This document shows positions 1-9,442 of a stretch of 32,000 nt of DNA, piece after piece. The stretch covers positions 6,300,001 through 6,332,000 of the forward strand of contig NZ_LN831039.1 in NCBI RefSeq assembly GCF_001457595.1, read 5' to 3'. Made by a program: the position numbers and the translations under genes. The notes beneath the pieces were generated by a model. That model worked only from the letters and a program-made list of their open reading frames with translations. It was not told the origin of the DNA and ran no database searches. Source of the stretch: Mycolicibacterium smegmatis. GTDB taxonomy: Bacteria; Actinomycetota; Actinomycetes; Mycobacteriales; Mycobacteriaceae. Numbering within the stretch: position 1 is the first letter of the stretch; the number at the start of each line of letters is the position of its first letter.

Positions 1-468
1 GGCATGGATCTGAGCCCATCGGCGATCGCCGCAGCAAACCGCGCGGCCCAGGAGCGCAACCTCGCGACCGCGAGCTTCGTGCAGGGCGACATCACGTCGT
101 TCACCGGTTACGACGGCCGGTTCAGCACCGTCATCGACTCGACGCTTTTCCACTCCCTGCCCGTCGAGGGCCGCGAGGGATACCTGCAGTCCATCCACCG
201 GGCCTCGGCTCCCGGCGCGCGCTACTTCGTTCTCGTGTTCGCCAAGGGCGCGTTCCCCGCGGACCTCGAGGTCAAGCCCAACGAGGTGACCGAAGAAGAG
301 CTGCGGACCACGGTCGGCAAGTACTGGGTGGTCGACGACATCCGGCCCGCGTTCATCCACGCCAACGCCGTCGTCTTCCCCGACGCGCCAGAACTGCCGC
401 CCCACGGCTACGACGACAAGGGCCGCATCATGTTCCCGGCGTTCCTGTTGGAAGCGCACCGCGACTAG
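1..468 (+). CDS. class I SAM-dependent methyltransferase, 5'-truncated by window edge
   Basis: Reading frame enters from position 1 (GMDLSPSAIAAANRAA...FVQGDI...), typical middle and C-terminal part of a Rossmann methyltransferase; stop TAG at 466-468. Confidence 0.85.
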   Translation, partial: GMDLSPSAIAAANRAAQERNLATASFVQGDITSFTGYDGRFSTVIDSTLFHSLPVEGREGYLQSIHRASAPGARYFVLVFAKGAFPADLEVKPNEVTEEELRTTVGKYWVVDDIRPAFIHANAVVFPDAPELPPHGYDDKGRIMFPAFLLEAHRD

Positions 469-494
469 TTCGTCCCCCGGCTCGACCGTGCACT

Positions 495-526
495 GAGGGC
501 GAGATTTCGGCTGAGATCCCGCCCTC
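495..526 (+). terminator. intrinsic-terminator-like hairpin after the truncated methyltransferase gene
   Basis: GAGGGCG (495-501) pairs with CGCCCTC (520-526), further GAT/ATC pairing inside one mismatch, followed by TTT. Confidence 0.5.
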
Positions 527-673
527 TTTGCACGCTCGATGTGCCTGAATGCACGCTCGACGCACAGACCCTCCCCTACCCGAACGGGCAGTGCCAACCC
601 CACCCGGCCGTCACTCGATTGCGACCATTCGGGGCGCGCGCTGACATGTTGCCGGCGAATAGCGTTCCGCTAC

Positions 674-1555
674 ATGGACGTTGCCGTTCTCGGTCCTGCG
701 CTTCTGGACCCGTTCGCGCCTGCGCCGCAGGGAATCTGGAGCGGCAATGGCGTGCGGGTGCAGAGGCGTCGCGGGCCGCATCGCGTGCACGCCGCGGTGT
801 GCACTCCACGGTTCTGCGCGCACCGCGAAGGCGACGCGTTGACGGTCGAGCACGATCTGACCCCTGACGAACTGTCCGACGAACTGGCAGTGCTGCTCAC
901 CGAGGAACTCGGCGCCACCGGCGTTCTGCACGGCCAACCGGATTTCGAGTCGGTGTTCACCGGCGTCGTGCGTTCCACCGTCGACGGTGGCATGCAGGCG
1001 TGGCTGCGGTTCTACCGGAACTCGCTGCACGCGCTGGAATCCGGCACCGCGGCGTTCGCCCCGATCCATCAGCACGCGACAGAACTGATCATCGGGCGAC
1101 GCGTGCTCGATCTCGGCTCGTGCTTCGGGTTCTTCCCGCTACGTCTGAGCCGCAACGGATTCGACGCCACGGCAACCGATCTGAGCGCACCGACCATGAA
1201 CCTGCTGGCGCGGGTGAGCCCGAAGCTGCACCGGCCGGTTCGCACCGTCACATGCGACGCCGCGGGGGTACCGCTGCCCGACGCGGTCGCCGACACCGTG
1301 ACCGCGCTGCACCTGCTGGAGCATCTGGACCCCGACGCCGGCGACGCCGTGCTCGCCGAGGCATTGCGCCTGGCACGGCGCCGCGTGATCGTCGCGGTGC
1401 CGTTCGAGGACGAACCCCAGGTCTGCTACGGGCACGTCCGCAGATTCGACACCGAAGCGCTTCAGCGCATCGCCGAGAAGATCACCCGCACGCACCCCGT
1501 CACCGCGTCGGTCGGCGAGCACCACGGCGGCTGGCTGGTACTGGACCGTTACTAG
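674..1555 (+). CDS. mftM: SAM-dependent methyltransferase, mycofactocin oligosaccharide methyltransferase MftM-like
   Basis: ORF 539-1555; proposed ATG at 674 (MDVAVLGPALLDPF...), VLDLGSCFGFFPLRLS motif I, LHLLEHL; adjacent to mno regulators. Start uncertain, no strong RBS. Confidence 0.7.
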   Translation: MDVAVLGPALLDPFAPAPQGIWSGNGVRVQRRRGPHRVHAAVCTPRFCAHREGDALTVEHDLTPDELSDELAVLLTEELGATGVLHGQPDFESVFTGVVRSTVDGGMQAWLRFYRNSLHALESGTAAFAPIHQHATELIIGRRVLDLGSCFGFFPLRLSRNGFDATATDLSAPTMNLLARVSPKLHRPVRTVTCDAAGVPLPDAVADTVTALHLLEHLDPDAGDAVLAEALRLARRRVIVAVPFEDEPQVCYGHVRRFDTEALQRIAEKITRTHPVTASVGEHHGGWLVLDRY

Positions 1556-2202
1556 ATCAACCCGCGCTTGCTCGCCGCGTACACGGCCTCGGCTCGGCGG
1601 CTCACGTCGAGCTTGCGCATGATGTTGCTGACGTGAAACTTCGCGGTGGTCGCGGAGATGAACAGCTTTTCGCCGATCTTGTTGTTGGACAACCCGGCTG
1701 CCAGCAGTCGCAGCACCTCGATCTCGCGGTCGGTGAGCTGCTCGCGGGGTTCGGTGCGCCCGCTCAGCGACCGCACGACGGCCGCGGCGCTGCGGGAGTC
1801 GAAGGCACTGTCACCGGAGGAGATCGCGCGGATCGCCCGCACCAGTTCGGTCGTGTCGACATCTTTGACGACGCAGCCGCGGGCGCCGGCGTGCACGGCG
1901 CGCACCACGAGGTCCTCATCGAGGAACGTGGTGAGCACCAGCAGGCCGAGGTTGGGATGGGCCGCGGAGAGCTTGGCGCACAACGACAGACCCTCGAAGT
2001 CCGATCCGGCCGAGAGTTTGAGGTCCAGCAGCACCACGTCGGGTTCGACCGCGGCGACCATGGCCTCGGCCTCTGCCTCGCTGGACGCCTCCCCGACCAC
2101 CACCAGATCGTCCTCACGTTCCAGCAGCGAGCGCAGGCCCTGCCGCAGGATGGCGTGGTCGTCGACCAGTGCCAGCCTGATCTCGCGCGTCGTGACGGTC
2201 AT
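1552..2202 (-). CDS. mnoR: LuxR/NarL-family response regulator (MnoR-like)
   Basis: Receiver domain (LALVDDHAILRQGLRSLL, VVLLDLKL, VVKD) and C-terminal LuxR HTH (LTDREIEVLRLLAAGLSNNKIGEKLFIS); next to the kinase and mno genes. Confidence 0.85.
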   Translation of the reverse strand: MTVTTREIRLALVDDHAILRQGLRSLLEREDDLVVVGEASSEAEAEAMVAAVEPDVVLLDLKLSAGSDFEGLSLCAKLSAAHPNLGLLVLTTFLDEDLVVRAVHAGARGCVVKDVDTTELVRAIRAISSGDSAFDSRSAAAVVRSLSGRTEPREQLTDREIEVLRLLAAGLSNNKIGEKLFISATTAKFHVSNIMRKLDVSRRAEAVYAASKRGLI

Positions 2203-3551
2203 CGTCTGTTCCCTTCGGTCCTGGGGATGGTCGCGACCACGCGGACACCGCCGATGCGGGACCGCTGAACCGCGAAGGTACCGCCGTGCTCGCGGCAGCG
2301 GGCCAGCATGTTGGCCAGCCCGCGGTGATGCCCGTCGACGTCGGTGGCGTCGGCCATCCGCAGCGCCATGCGCAGCTTGGCCGGGTCCCCGGTGCCGTCG
2401 TCGGAGATGGACAGCGACACGGCCGTCGGACGGTAGCGCAACCGCACGATCGCGCGGGTCGCGTTGCCGTGCATGGCGGTGTTGAACAGCGCCTCGCCGG
2501 CCACCCGCAGCAGCGCGTGCTCGACCTCGCTGGGCAGTTCGGCCACGGCGCCTTCGACTTTCAGGCTCACCCGCAGATCCTCGGGCATGTGCACGGTCGC
2601 AAGCTGTTCGAGCAGTTCGGGCAGCGTGGAACGCCCGGCGTCCTCGGGATGGTTGAGCGCGTAGATCGCCGACCGCAGTTGTTCACTCGCCGAACGGGTG
2701 AGTGTCTTGGCGGTGTCGAGGCGGTCGACCAGATCCTGCGTGCCGGGTAGCGCCATGGCCTCGCTGCGGCACACCTCGATCTGCATACCGGCCGAGAGTA
2801 CGGTCTGGCTCACGCTGTCGTGCAGTTCACGCGCGATGCGGTGGCGCTCGTTGTCGAGTACCTGATGGCGTTGCGCCGCACCGAGTTCCCGTTGTGTGGC
2901 CAGCAGTTCGGCGTTGCGTGCCTCGGACTGCGCCAGAAGTGCCTGAGACCGCTGGAACAGCGCGCAGTTCTGCAACGCAACCGCGGTCTGGCTCGACAGG
3001 ATCCGCATGACGGTCTCGTCGGTGTCGTCCAGCGTGCGGTGCACCGGGGTCCAAGCCGCGAACGCGCCGATCACGCCGCCGTTGAGTTCGATCGGCACGT
3101 GCGCGTGGTGGGGTTCGATCACCGGGTACCGGAACTGCGCCAGGTGCCCCCGCAGAATGTCGTTGAGACGGTTGAGCACCGCGTCCGGCAGGTGGTCGGG
3201 GACCTCGGCACCCGACACCCCGTCGTACGAATAGGCGTGCCCGTCGGCATCGAGGATGAGGTGACGCGGCAGGGCCTCCTGCAGGGCACCGTCGGCGAGC
3301 GCCAAAAGCACCCACTCGGCGTCGAGGTGGGTGCGGGCCGCTTCGGCCACGGCCCGCACGAGTTTCGGTGGGCCGTTGACGGTTTGGACCAGCGCGCGTG
3401 AGATCGCCTCGAGCGCGGCGAGGACACGTTCGGTGCGCTGAGCAGCGACACGGAATTCGGGGTAGAACGTGCTCTTTCCGGATCGGACGCCGGTGAGCCG
3501 TTCCAGATCCGGTGCCGCCACCCGATGCCCGAATCCGGGTGCCGCGGTCAT
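2199..3551 (-). CDS. mnoS: GAF-domain sensor histidine kinase, HisKA_3 type (MnoS-like)
   Basis: ERHRIARELHDSVSQTVLSAGMQ H-box and DDGTG ATPase motif; ORF 2199-4145 read from ATG at 3551; 4-nt overlap (ATGA) with the response regulator. Confidence 0.85.
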   Translation of the reverse strand: MTAAPGFGHRVAAPDLERLTGVRSGKSTFYPEFRVAAQRTERVLAALEAISRALVQTVNGPPKLVRAVAEAARTHLDAEWVLLALADGALQEALPRHLILDADGHAYSYDGVSGAEVPDHLPDAVLNRLNDILRGHLAQFRYPVIEPHHAHVPIELNGGVIGAFAAWTPVHRTLDDTDETVMRILSSQTAVALQNCALFQRSQALLAQSEARNAELLATQRELGAAQRHQVLDNERHRIARELHDSVSQTVLSAGMQIEVCRSEAMALPGTQDLVDRLDTAKTLTRSASEQLRSAIYALNHPEDAGRSTLPELLEQLATVHMPEDLRVSLKVEGAVAELPSEVEHALLRVAGEALFNTAMHGNATRAIVRLRYRPTAVSLSISDDGTGDPAKLRMALRMADATDVDGHHRGLANMLARCREHGGTFAVQRSRIGGVRVVATIPRTEGNRR

Positions 3552-4759
3552 AGCGCGGTCCGGAACAACGCGCACAGACCGGCCTCGTCGACCGGACGGG
3601 GATTGGTGGTGATGCACGCGTCGGCCATCGCGTTGCGGGCGAGCACCGGGACGTCCTCGGCGCGCACACCCAGATCCGCCAGGCCACGCGGCACACCCAC
3701 CCGACGTGCCAGCTCCTGCAACCGATCCGCAAGGGCCAGAGCCGATTCCAGTTCGGGTGCGCGCTTGTCGGCGATACCGAGGTACGACGCGATGGTGGCG
3801 AACGGAGCCGGGTCGGCCTCGGCGTTGAACCGCACGACGTGGGGCAGCAGCACACCGTTGATGACGCCGTGCGGCAGGTCGAGCAGGCCCCCGACCTGAT
3901 GGCTCATGGCATGCGCCGCACCGAGGATCGCGTTTGTGAACGCCAGGCCCGCCTCCAGCGCGGCCTGGGCCATGAGCACGCGGGCCGGCATCTCCTTGGG
4001 CCGTTCGATGGTGGTGACCAGGTTCTCGGTCACCATCACCACCGAGCGCAACGCGTGATGGTCGGTCAACTGGTTGTGCCCCAGCGACACGAACGCTTCG
4101 ATGCCGTGCGTCAGCGCATCCAAACCGGTTGCCGCGTTGAGCCATTCGGGCATGGTGGTGAGCAGGCGCGGATCGATGACGGTAAGGTCGGGCACCAGCG
4201 CGCGGCCCAGGATGGTGATCTTGGTGTTGCGGGTGGTGTCGGTGACGATGCAGAACTGCGAGACGTCGGCGCCGGTGCCCGAGGTCGACGGCAGCACCAC
4301 GAGCGGTGGGATCGGCATGGTGGCCTTGTCCACGCCGGCGTAGTCGAGGATGTCACCGCCGTTGGCGGACAGGATCGCGATACCTTTCGCGGCGTCGATC
4401 ACCGATCCGCCACCCAGCGCGATCAGCACGTCGCACCCGTGGGCCCGGTAGAACTCGTGGCCCGCGGTGATCTCGTGGTCCTTCGGGTTGGGCGTGATGG
4501 CGCTCCAGACCTGTGGAGTCACGCACTGCTCCCGCAGATGCCCCAACAGTTCGTCGACCCATCCGGCCTCGATCAGCCCCGGGTCGGTGACCAGCAGTGG
4601 ACGCAAGCCACCCAGGCGCACCGCGGCGTGCGCGGCCTCGGCCATCGAATCGATGCCGAACACGATTTCGGGGGCGTGAAACTTGAGCAGCCGGGTCGGC
4701 ATCGGATCCGGCATGGCCCTCGGCACCGCGATCGGCGCGGACTCCACCTGCGTTATCAC
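3548..4759 (-). CDS. iron-containing alcohol dehydrogenase (1,3-propanediol/butanol dehydrogenase-like)
   Basis: 403 aa, GGGSVIDAAKGIA, PSTSGTGADVSQF, GLDALTHGIEAFVS, HAMSHQVGGLLDLPHG; 4-nt overlap with the kinase gene; GTG start. Confidence 0.92.
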   Translation of the reverse strand: MITQVESAPIAVPRAMPDPMPTRLLKFHAPEIVFGIDSMAEAAHAAVRLGGLRPLLVTDPGLIEAGWVDELLGHLREQCVTPQVWSAITPNPKDHEITAGHEFYRAHGCDVLIALGGGSVIDAAKGIAILSANGGDILDYAGVDKATMPIPPLVVLPSTSGTGADVSQFCIVTDTTRNTKITILGRALVPDLTVIDPRLLTTMPEWLNAATGLDALTHGIEAFVSLGHNQLTDHHALRSVVMVTENLVTTIERPKEMPARVLMAQAALEAGLAFTNAILGAAHAMSHQVGGLLDLPHGVINGVLLPHVVRFNAEADPAPFATIASYLGIADKRAPELESALALADRLQELARRVGVPRGLADLGVRAEDVPVLARNAMADACITTNPRPVDEAGLCALFRTAL

Positions 4760-4882
4760 CTCACCACCCCGTCGTGTGATCCACCTAACAAACCACCATA
4801 CGTCGCCGACGGGTGGCTCCCAATGTGCAGGTGGGCAGGCCGTTACCTACCCGATCGGGTAGGTACAAGATCACATCCGAGA

Positions 4883-6376
4883 TCAGGAGAGCGCGTGCGC
4901 GAGCTCTCCCGCCCGGGCGATGAGCTGCTCGGCATCGCGCGCGACGACGACCTTGTCGCACACCTCGGCGTAGTCCGGCATGGCGCACGTGGCCTGCCGC
5001 CAGTACCGGGTGGGTTCCGGGGTGATCCAGGCGAGCCGGTGTACGCGTCGCCGCAGCGCACGCAGGCTCTCGGTGCGAGCCGGCAGGCCCGGGCTGCGAC
5101 CGTCGCCGACGATCAGCACGGCCGTGCGCGAATCGAGTGCGTCGGCCTGCGCGGACAGCATCTCGTCGAATACCTGCCCGTAGTCGCTGCTGGCCTCCAG
5201 ATCGATCTGGGCCTCGGCCAGCACCGCGGCGAGCGCATCGTCCCCACCGGTCTGCAGCAGAATCTCGGTGACGTCGACGGGACGGTCCACGAACGCCATC
5301 ACCCGGCATCGGTGCGCCCGCCGGTGCATGGCCTGTGCCAGCCGCAGCGTGAACGCGGTGACCGGACGCACCGACAGCGAGACGTCGGCGATGACCAGCA
5401 GGCGCACCCGATCTGGCCGCGGGGTGCGGGTGATGAGCCGGAACGGCACGCCGTCGGTGCGCAGAGAGTGCCGCGTGGTGCGACGCATGTCGAGGCGGCC
5501 CCGCATCTCGGCGGGCCGGGGCCGCGGTGCCCCGCGCATGCGGCGCAGCACCTCGTGGCAGGCGAGGTCGACGTCGGTGGCCACCGTTGCGTCGGTGGGG
5601 CCGGCCGGGGTGTCCGGTTCGGCGGTCAGCCCGCACCGGTCGGCCAGTGCCGCGACGAAGCTCTCGACGGCCTGTGTCAGCTGGTCGAGTTGTTCGGCGG
5701 TCAACGGTTGGTCTCCCGCGTCGTCGCCGTAGGTGCGGGCCGGGTCGTAGGCGTCGAGCCAGGCCAGGATGGACTCCGGATCGTCCCAGTGCAGTGCGCC
5801 CGCCACCACGGGAGCCACCGAGTCGGCGAGGGCGCCGGCCAGGCTCGCCGCGGCGCGGTCCACCTCGACGGTGTAGCGCACGCCGCGACGGCCCGCGTCG
5901 CTCTCGGCCGACACCGACAGCTGGTTGTCGGCGCCAGACACGCTGAAGTCGTCGTCGTCCTTGTGCGGGTTGAACCCCTTGTCGGCGTCCGGGGTGTCGA
6001 AATGGTCGCCGACCTCGGCCGCGCGTTCGTTGTACTCGGCGTAACGCCCGATCTCCTGGTCCTCGTCGATCTCGAGGTGGTCGGGCAGACCCGAGCCGGT
6101 GTGGGCACGGCTCGGGTCTGCCACGTCGTGTTCGGTGACGATCGACGCGACGCCGAACATCGCGTCGAAGGCGCGGTCGAAACCACGTTGTTCACGAACG
6201 TATTTCGCGCACGTCGCGCGTAACGCGGCCCGCAGCGCCTCCTGGTCACGTGCCCCGAGCAGTCCGAGCACGCGCCGCACCTCGATCACCTCGGCCGGCG
6301 AGGTCGCGACGCCGGCGCGGCGCAACAACTCGCCGAACGCGGCGGCGACGAGGTCGAGGATCTTCGACGGTGTCAC
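4883..6376 (-). CDS. VWA (CoxE-like) domain protein
   Basis: 497 aa; C-terminal LLVIADVSLSVRPVTAFTLRLAQAMH... (MIDAS-like DxSxS), acidic middle region; 4-nt overlap with upstream MoxR gene. Confidence 0.8.
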   Translation of the reverse strand: MTPSKILDLVAAAFGELLRRAGVATSPAEVIEVRRVLGLLGARDQEALRAALRATCAKYVREQRGFDRAFDAMFGVASIVTEHDVADPSRAHTGSGLPDHLEIDEDQEIGRYAEYNERAAEVGDHFDTPDADKGFNPHKDDDDFSVSGADNQLSVSAESDAGRRGVRYTVEVDRAAASLAGALADSVAPVVAGALHWDDPESILAWLDAYDPARTYGDDAGDQPLTAEQLDQLTQAVESFVAALADRCGLTAEPDTPAGPTDATVATDVDLACHEVLRRMRGAPRPRPAEMRGRLDMRRTTRHSLRTDGVPFRLITRTPRPDRVRLLVIADVSLSVRPVTAFTLRLAQAMHRRAHRCRVMAFVDRPVDVTEILLQTGGDDALAAVLAEAQIDLEASSDYGQVFDEMLSAQADALDSRTAVLIVGDGRSPGLPARTESLRALRRRVHRLAWITPEPTRYWRQATCAMPDYAEVCDKVVVARDAEQLIARAGELAHALS

Positions 6377-7431
6377 CGCCGGCCACCACCGCGCCCGCGG
6401 AACACCGCGGTGGTCGTGTTGGCCGGACGCGACGCCACCGTGGCCGGTTCTGCCGGCTTCGACGGCTCGACCGGTTGCGCCCCAACGCCACTCAGATTGT
6501 CACTCAGACCGCCACCCAGATGACGCAACGCGATCTCGCGGTCGCTGGTGAACTTCACCAGCGTCGAGAGCAGCAGCGGATGCGACGCCTCGGTGCCCAG
6601 CAGCGCCGCGGCACGCGCCCCGTCCACCACCTCCGAGATCGACGGGCTCTTGCGCAGCGGCAGTTCGCGCAGGGTGCGGGCCAGTTCGACGACGTCGGCG
6701 ACCACCGACGGTTCGACGTGCGGTGCCCGCACCCCGACGATCTCCCGTTCCCGTTGCGGCGTCGGGAATCCCAGGTGGTAGTGCAGGCACCGGCGCTTGA
6801 GCGCCGACGACAGTTCGCGAGTGTCGTTGGAGGTCAACACCACCCACGGCACCGTGCGGGCTTTGAAGGTGCCGATTTCAGGGATGGTCACCTGCCGCTC
6901 GGCGAGGATCTCCAGCAGCAGGGCCTCCATGGCCTCCTCGGTGCGGTCGACCTCGTCGATCAGCAGCACGACCGGTTCCTCGGACAGCACCGCGTCCAGC
7001 AGCGGACGTACCGACAGGAACGCCTCGGAGTACAGCCCGAAGTCACGTCCCGCCAGATAGCGCGACGCCTCGTCGATGTCCTCGATCCCATTGGTGGCAG
7101 CCGTGATCCGGTCACGCAGCATCTGCACATGCAGCAGTTGCTTGGCGTAGTCCCATTCGTAGAGCACCCGATTGTCGTCGAGACCCTCGTAGCACTGCAG
7201 GCGGATCAGCCGCCGCCCACCGGCCGCGGCGAGCGCCTTGGCCAGTTCGGTCTTGCCGACGCCGGCCGGCCCTTCCAGCAGCAGGGGCCGGTCCAGCGCG
7301 GTGGCCAGATGCACCACGGTGGCAAGGTCGGTGTCGGCGATGTAGTCCTGCTCGCGCAGCGCGGCGGAGAGTTCCGCCGCGCTGCCGAACATGATGGGCT
7401 CATCGCGAACAGGGATGGTCGCGGTGGTCAC
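6373..7431 (-). CDS. MoxR-family AAA+ ATPase
   Basis: 352 aa, GPAGVGKTELAKALA Walker A, VVLLIDEVDRTEEAMEALLLEIL Walker B, LTSNDTRELSSALKRRCL; GTG start at 7431. Confidence 0.92.
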   Translation of the reverse strand: MTTATIPVRDEPIMFGSAAELSAALREQDYIADTDLATVVHLATALDRPLLLEGPAGVGKTELAKALAAAGGRRLIRLQCYEGLDDNRVLYEWDYAKQLLHVQMLRDRITAATNGIEDIDEASRYLAGRDFGLYSEAFLSVRPLLDAVLSEEPVVLLIDEVDRTEEAMEALLLEILAERQVTIPEIGTFKARTVPWVVLTSNDTRELSSALKRRCLHYHLGFPTPQREREIVGVRAPHVEPSVVADVVELARTLRELPLRKSPSISEVVDGARAAALLGTEASHPLLLSTLVKFTSDREIALRHLGGGLSDNLSGVGAQPVEPSKPAEPATVASRPANTTTAVFRGRGGGRR

Positions 7432-7462
7432 ATGGCCTCCCGGTTGCGAATCAGATGCTGAA

Positions 7463-8734
7463 TCAGTAGGACTCGTTGATCGCGTGGTTCACCACGGGGA
7501 TCATCGATTCGACGGTCACCTCGCGCGGGTTGCCTGGGGTGCACCAGTCGTCCTGGATGTGCTCGGAGATCGCGCGGACGGTCTTGTCGTCGCCCTTGAT
7601 CACCTCACCCTTGCCGGCGTACTTGCCGGTGTTCATCTGGTTCTTGGCGTACGAGTCGACGCGGACCTGCGAGAAGTTGTCCGGGATGCCGACGTCCTGC
7701 GCCAACCGGATCGCGGCCTCGACCGCGGCGTCGGCGGCCTGCACCGTGGTCATGTTGCGGGTGTCCACACCCATCGCCGTCGCAAGCTGCGCGTAGCGCT
7801 CGTAGCGCGCGGGCAGGTTGTACTCCCATACCCGCGGCAGGGCGATCGCGTTGTTGAGGCCGTGGTGGCTGTCGAAGAACGCGCTGACCGCGTGGCTGAT
7901 GGAGTGCACGATGCCCAGACCGCCGGAGTTGAACGCCTGCCCGGCGATGTACTGCGCGTTCATCATGCCTTCGCGGGCCTTGAGGTTGCGTGGCTCGAAC
8001 ACCGCCTCGCGCAGATGCTTGGCGACGAGTTCGACGGAGTACAGGGCATTTCCGAGTGACGGCGCGAAGTCCAGCCGCGACACGAACGGCTCACTGCCGT
8101 GCGCGAGCACATCGAAACCGCAGTAGGCGGTGAAGTGCTGCGGGCAGCTGTAGTACAGCAGCGGATCGTCGATCGCGAGGGTGACGATGGTCGCCTCGTC
8201 GAACCCCACCCACTTGTGCGGGTGGTCCATGTCGGAGGTGTCGGTGATGACGTAGGCCCACGATGTCTCCGAACCCGTTCCGGCCGTGGTGGATACCGCG
8301 ATGTGCGGCGGGTTCTGCTTGTTGGTGGACTTGGCGAAGCCCTCGAACTCGTTGATGTTGCGGCCGTCGTGGGCGATGACCACACGCGCACCCTTGGCGG
8401 CGTCGTGGCTCGACCCGCCACCGACGGAGATGATGCTGTCGCACTTCTCCTGCTGGTAGAGCGCCGCGGCCTCCATGACGTTGTAGTCCTTGGGGTTCGA
8501 CTCCACCTTGTCGTAGAGGACCACCTCGACGCCCTGGTACTCGATCTTGCCGGTGAGTTCCTCGATGATGCCTGAGCCGCGCAGGCCCGTGGTCATCAGC
8601 AGGGTGCGCTTGAAGCCGAGGTTCTTGGCCTCGACGCCGATGATGTCGTGCGCCCCGACGCCCAGCAGCGCGCGGGGGAACGGGTGGAACTCCTTGATCG
8701 GGAAATCCCAAATCTGGTTCAGCTCAATGGCCAT
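7463..8734 (-). CDS. mno: NDMA-dependent methanol dehydrogenase-like iron-containing alcohol dehydrogenase
   Basis: MAIELNQIWDFPIKEFHPFPRALLGVGAHDIIG..., GGGSSHDAAKGARVV, TAGTGSETSWAYVITDT; 423 aa from ATG 8734 with GAGGAG 8-13 nt upstream. Confidence 0.9.
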   Translation of the reverse strand: MAIELNQIWDFPIKEFHPFPRALLGVGAHDIIGVEAKNLGFKRTLLMTTGLRGSGIIEELTGKIEYQGVEVVLYDKVESNPKDYNVMEAAALYQQEKCDSIISVGGGSSHDAAKGARVVIAHDGRNINEFEGFAKSTNKQNPPHIAVSTTAGTGSETSWAYVITDTSDMDHPHKWVGFDEATIVTLAIDDPLLYYSCPQHFTAYCGFDVLAHGSEPFVSRLDFAPSLGNALYSVELVAKHLREAVFEPRNLKAREGMMNAQYIAGQAFNSGGLGIVHSISHAVSAFFDSHHGLNNAIALPRVWEYNLPARYERYAQLATAMGVDTRNMTTVQAADAAVEAAIRLAQDVGIPDNFSQVRVDSYAKNQMNTGKYAGKGEVIKGDDKTVRAISEHIQDDWCTPGNPREVTVESMIPVVNHAINESY

Positions 8735-8865
8735 TGGTTCACTCCTCGCTGTGTCGCGCCCAGGTTCGGGCAGCTGACACCACGGTGGACCGCAAGTGGC
8801 CGGCGTCACAATGGTTTGCGGCCACTACCCGCCGACCGGCACGGCAGAACTGTCCGGTCGGGCAG

Positions 8866-8879
8866 GGTGGTCGACCACC
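8866..8879. promoter_or_regulatory. 14-bp perfect palindrome GGTGGTCGACCACC upstream of mno
   Basis: Direct reading; between DUF1348 stop (8906) and mno start (8734); accompanied by CCGACCGG (8832-8839) / CCGGTCGG (8854-8861). Confidence 0.35.
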
Positions 8880-8905
8880 GGCGGCTCACCGGTGGGCGAG
8901 GGTGC

Positions 8906-9379
8906 TCACAGCCCCAGGTCGTTGAGGCCCGGATGGTCGTCGGGCCTGCGGCCCAGCGGCCAGTGGAACTTGCGCTCGCCCTCGGCGATCGGCGCGGTGT
9001 TGATGGACGCATGCCGCGTGCGCATCAGGCCGAACTCGTCGAACTCCCAGTTCTCGTTGCCGTACGAGCGGAACCAGTTGCCCGAGTCGTCGTGGTGTTC
9101 GTAGGCGAAGCGCACGGCGATCCGGTTGCCGTCATGGGCCCAGAGTTCCTTGATCAGGCGGTAGTCGAGTTCGGTGTTCCACTTACGCGTCAGGAACTCG
9201 ACGATTTCCTCTCGGCCTCTGGGGAATTCGGTGCGGTTACGCCAGCGGGAGTCGACAGTGTAGGCGAGGGCGACCCGCTGCGGGTCCCGGGAGTTCCAGG
9301 CGTCCTCGGCCAGCCTGACCTTTTGGGCGGCGGTCTCGGTGGTGAATGGCGGCAGCGGTGGGCGGGCTGCGTCGGACAT
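8906..9379 (-). CDS. DUF1348 / SnoaL-like nuclear transport factor 2-fold protein
   Basis: 157 aa: ...[47 protein letters not shown]... typical of DUF1348. Confidence 0.88.
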   Translation of the reverse strand: MSDAARPPLPPFTTETAAQKVRLAEDAWNSRDPQRVALAYTVDSRWRNRTEFPRGREEIVEFLTRKWNTELDYRLIKELWAHDGNRIAVRFAYEHHDDSGNWFRSYGNENWEFDEFGLMRTRHASINTAPIAEGERKFHWPLGRRPDDHPGLNDLGL

Positions 9380-9395
9380 GCGGCGTTCCTTCCCG

Positions 9396-9411
9396 GAGAA
9401 CGGTCGTTCTC
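9396..9411. promoter_or_regulatory. candidate TetR operator O1: GAGAAC-GGTC-GTTCTC
   Basis: Inverted repeat in the divergent intergenic region. Confidence 0.65.
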
Positions 9412-9426
9412 CCGTCTGCTACCGTA

Positions 9427-9442
9427 GAGAACGATGGTTCTC
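9427..9442. promoter_or_regulatory. candidate TetR operator O2: GAGAAC-GATG-GTTCTC
   Basis: Same half sites as O1, centre-to-centre distance 31 bp. Confidence 0.65.

Noticed and set aside
3839-6223. 794-aa plus-strand ORF
   Set aside because: Antisense shadow of the Fe-ADH and VWA genes; low-complexity His/Arg/Gly-rich composition and no domain; typical high-GC artefact.
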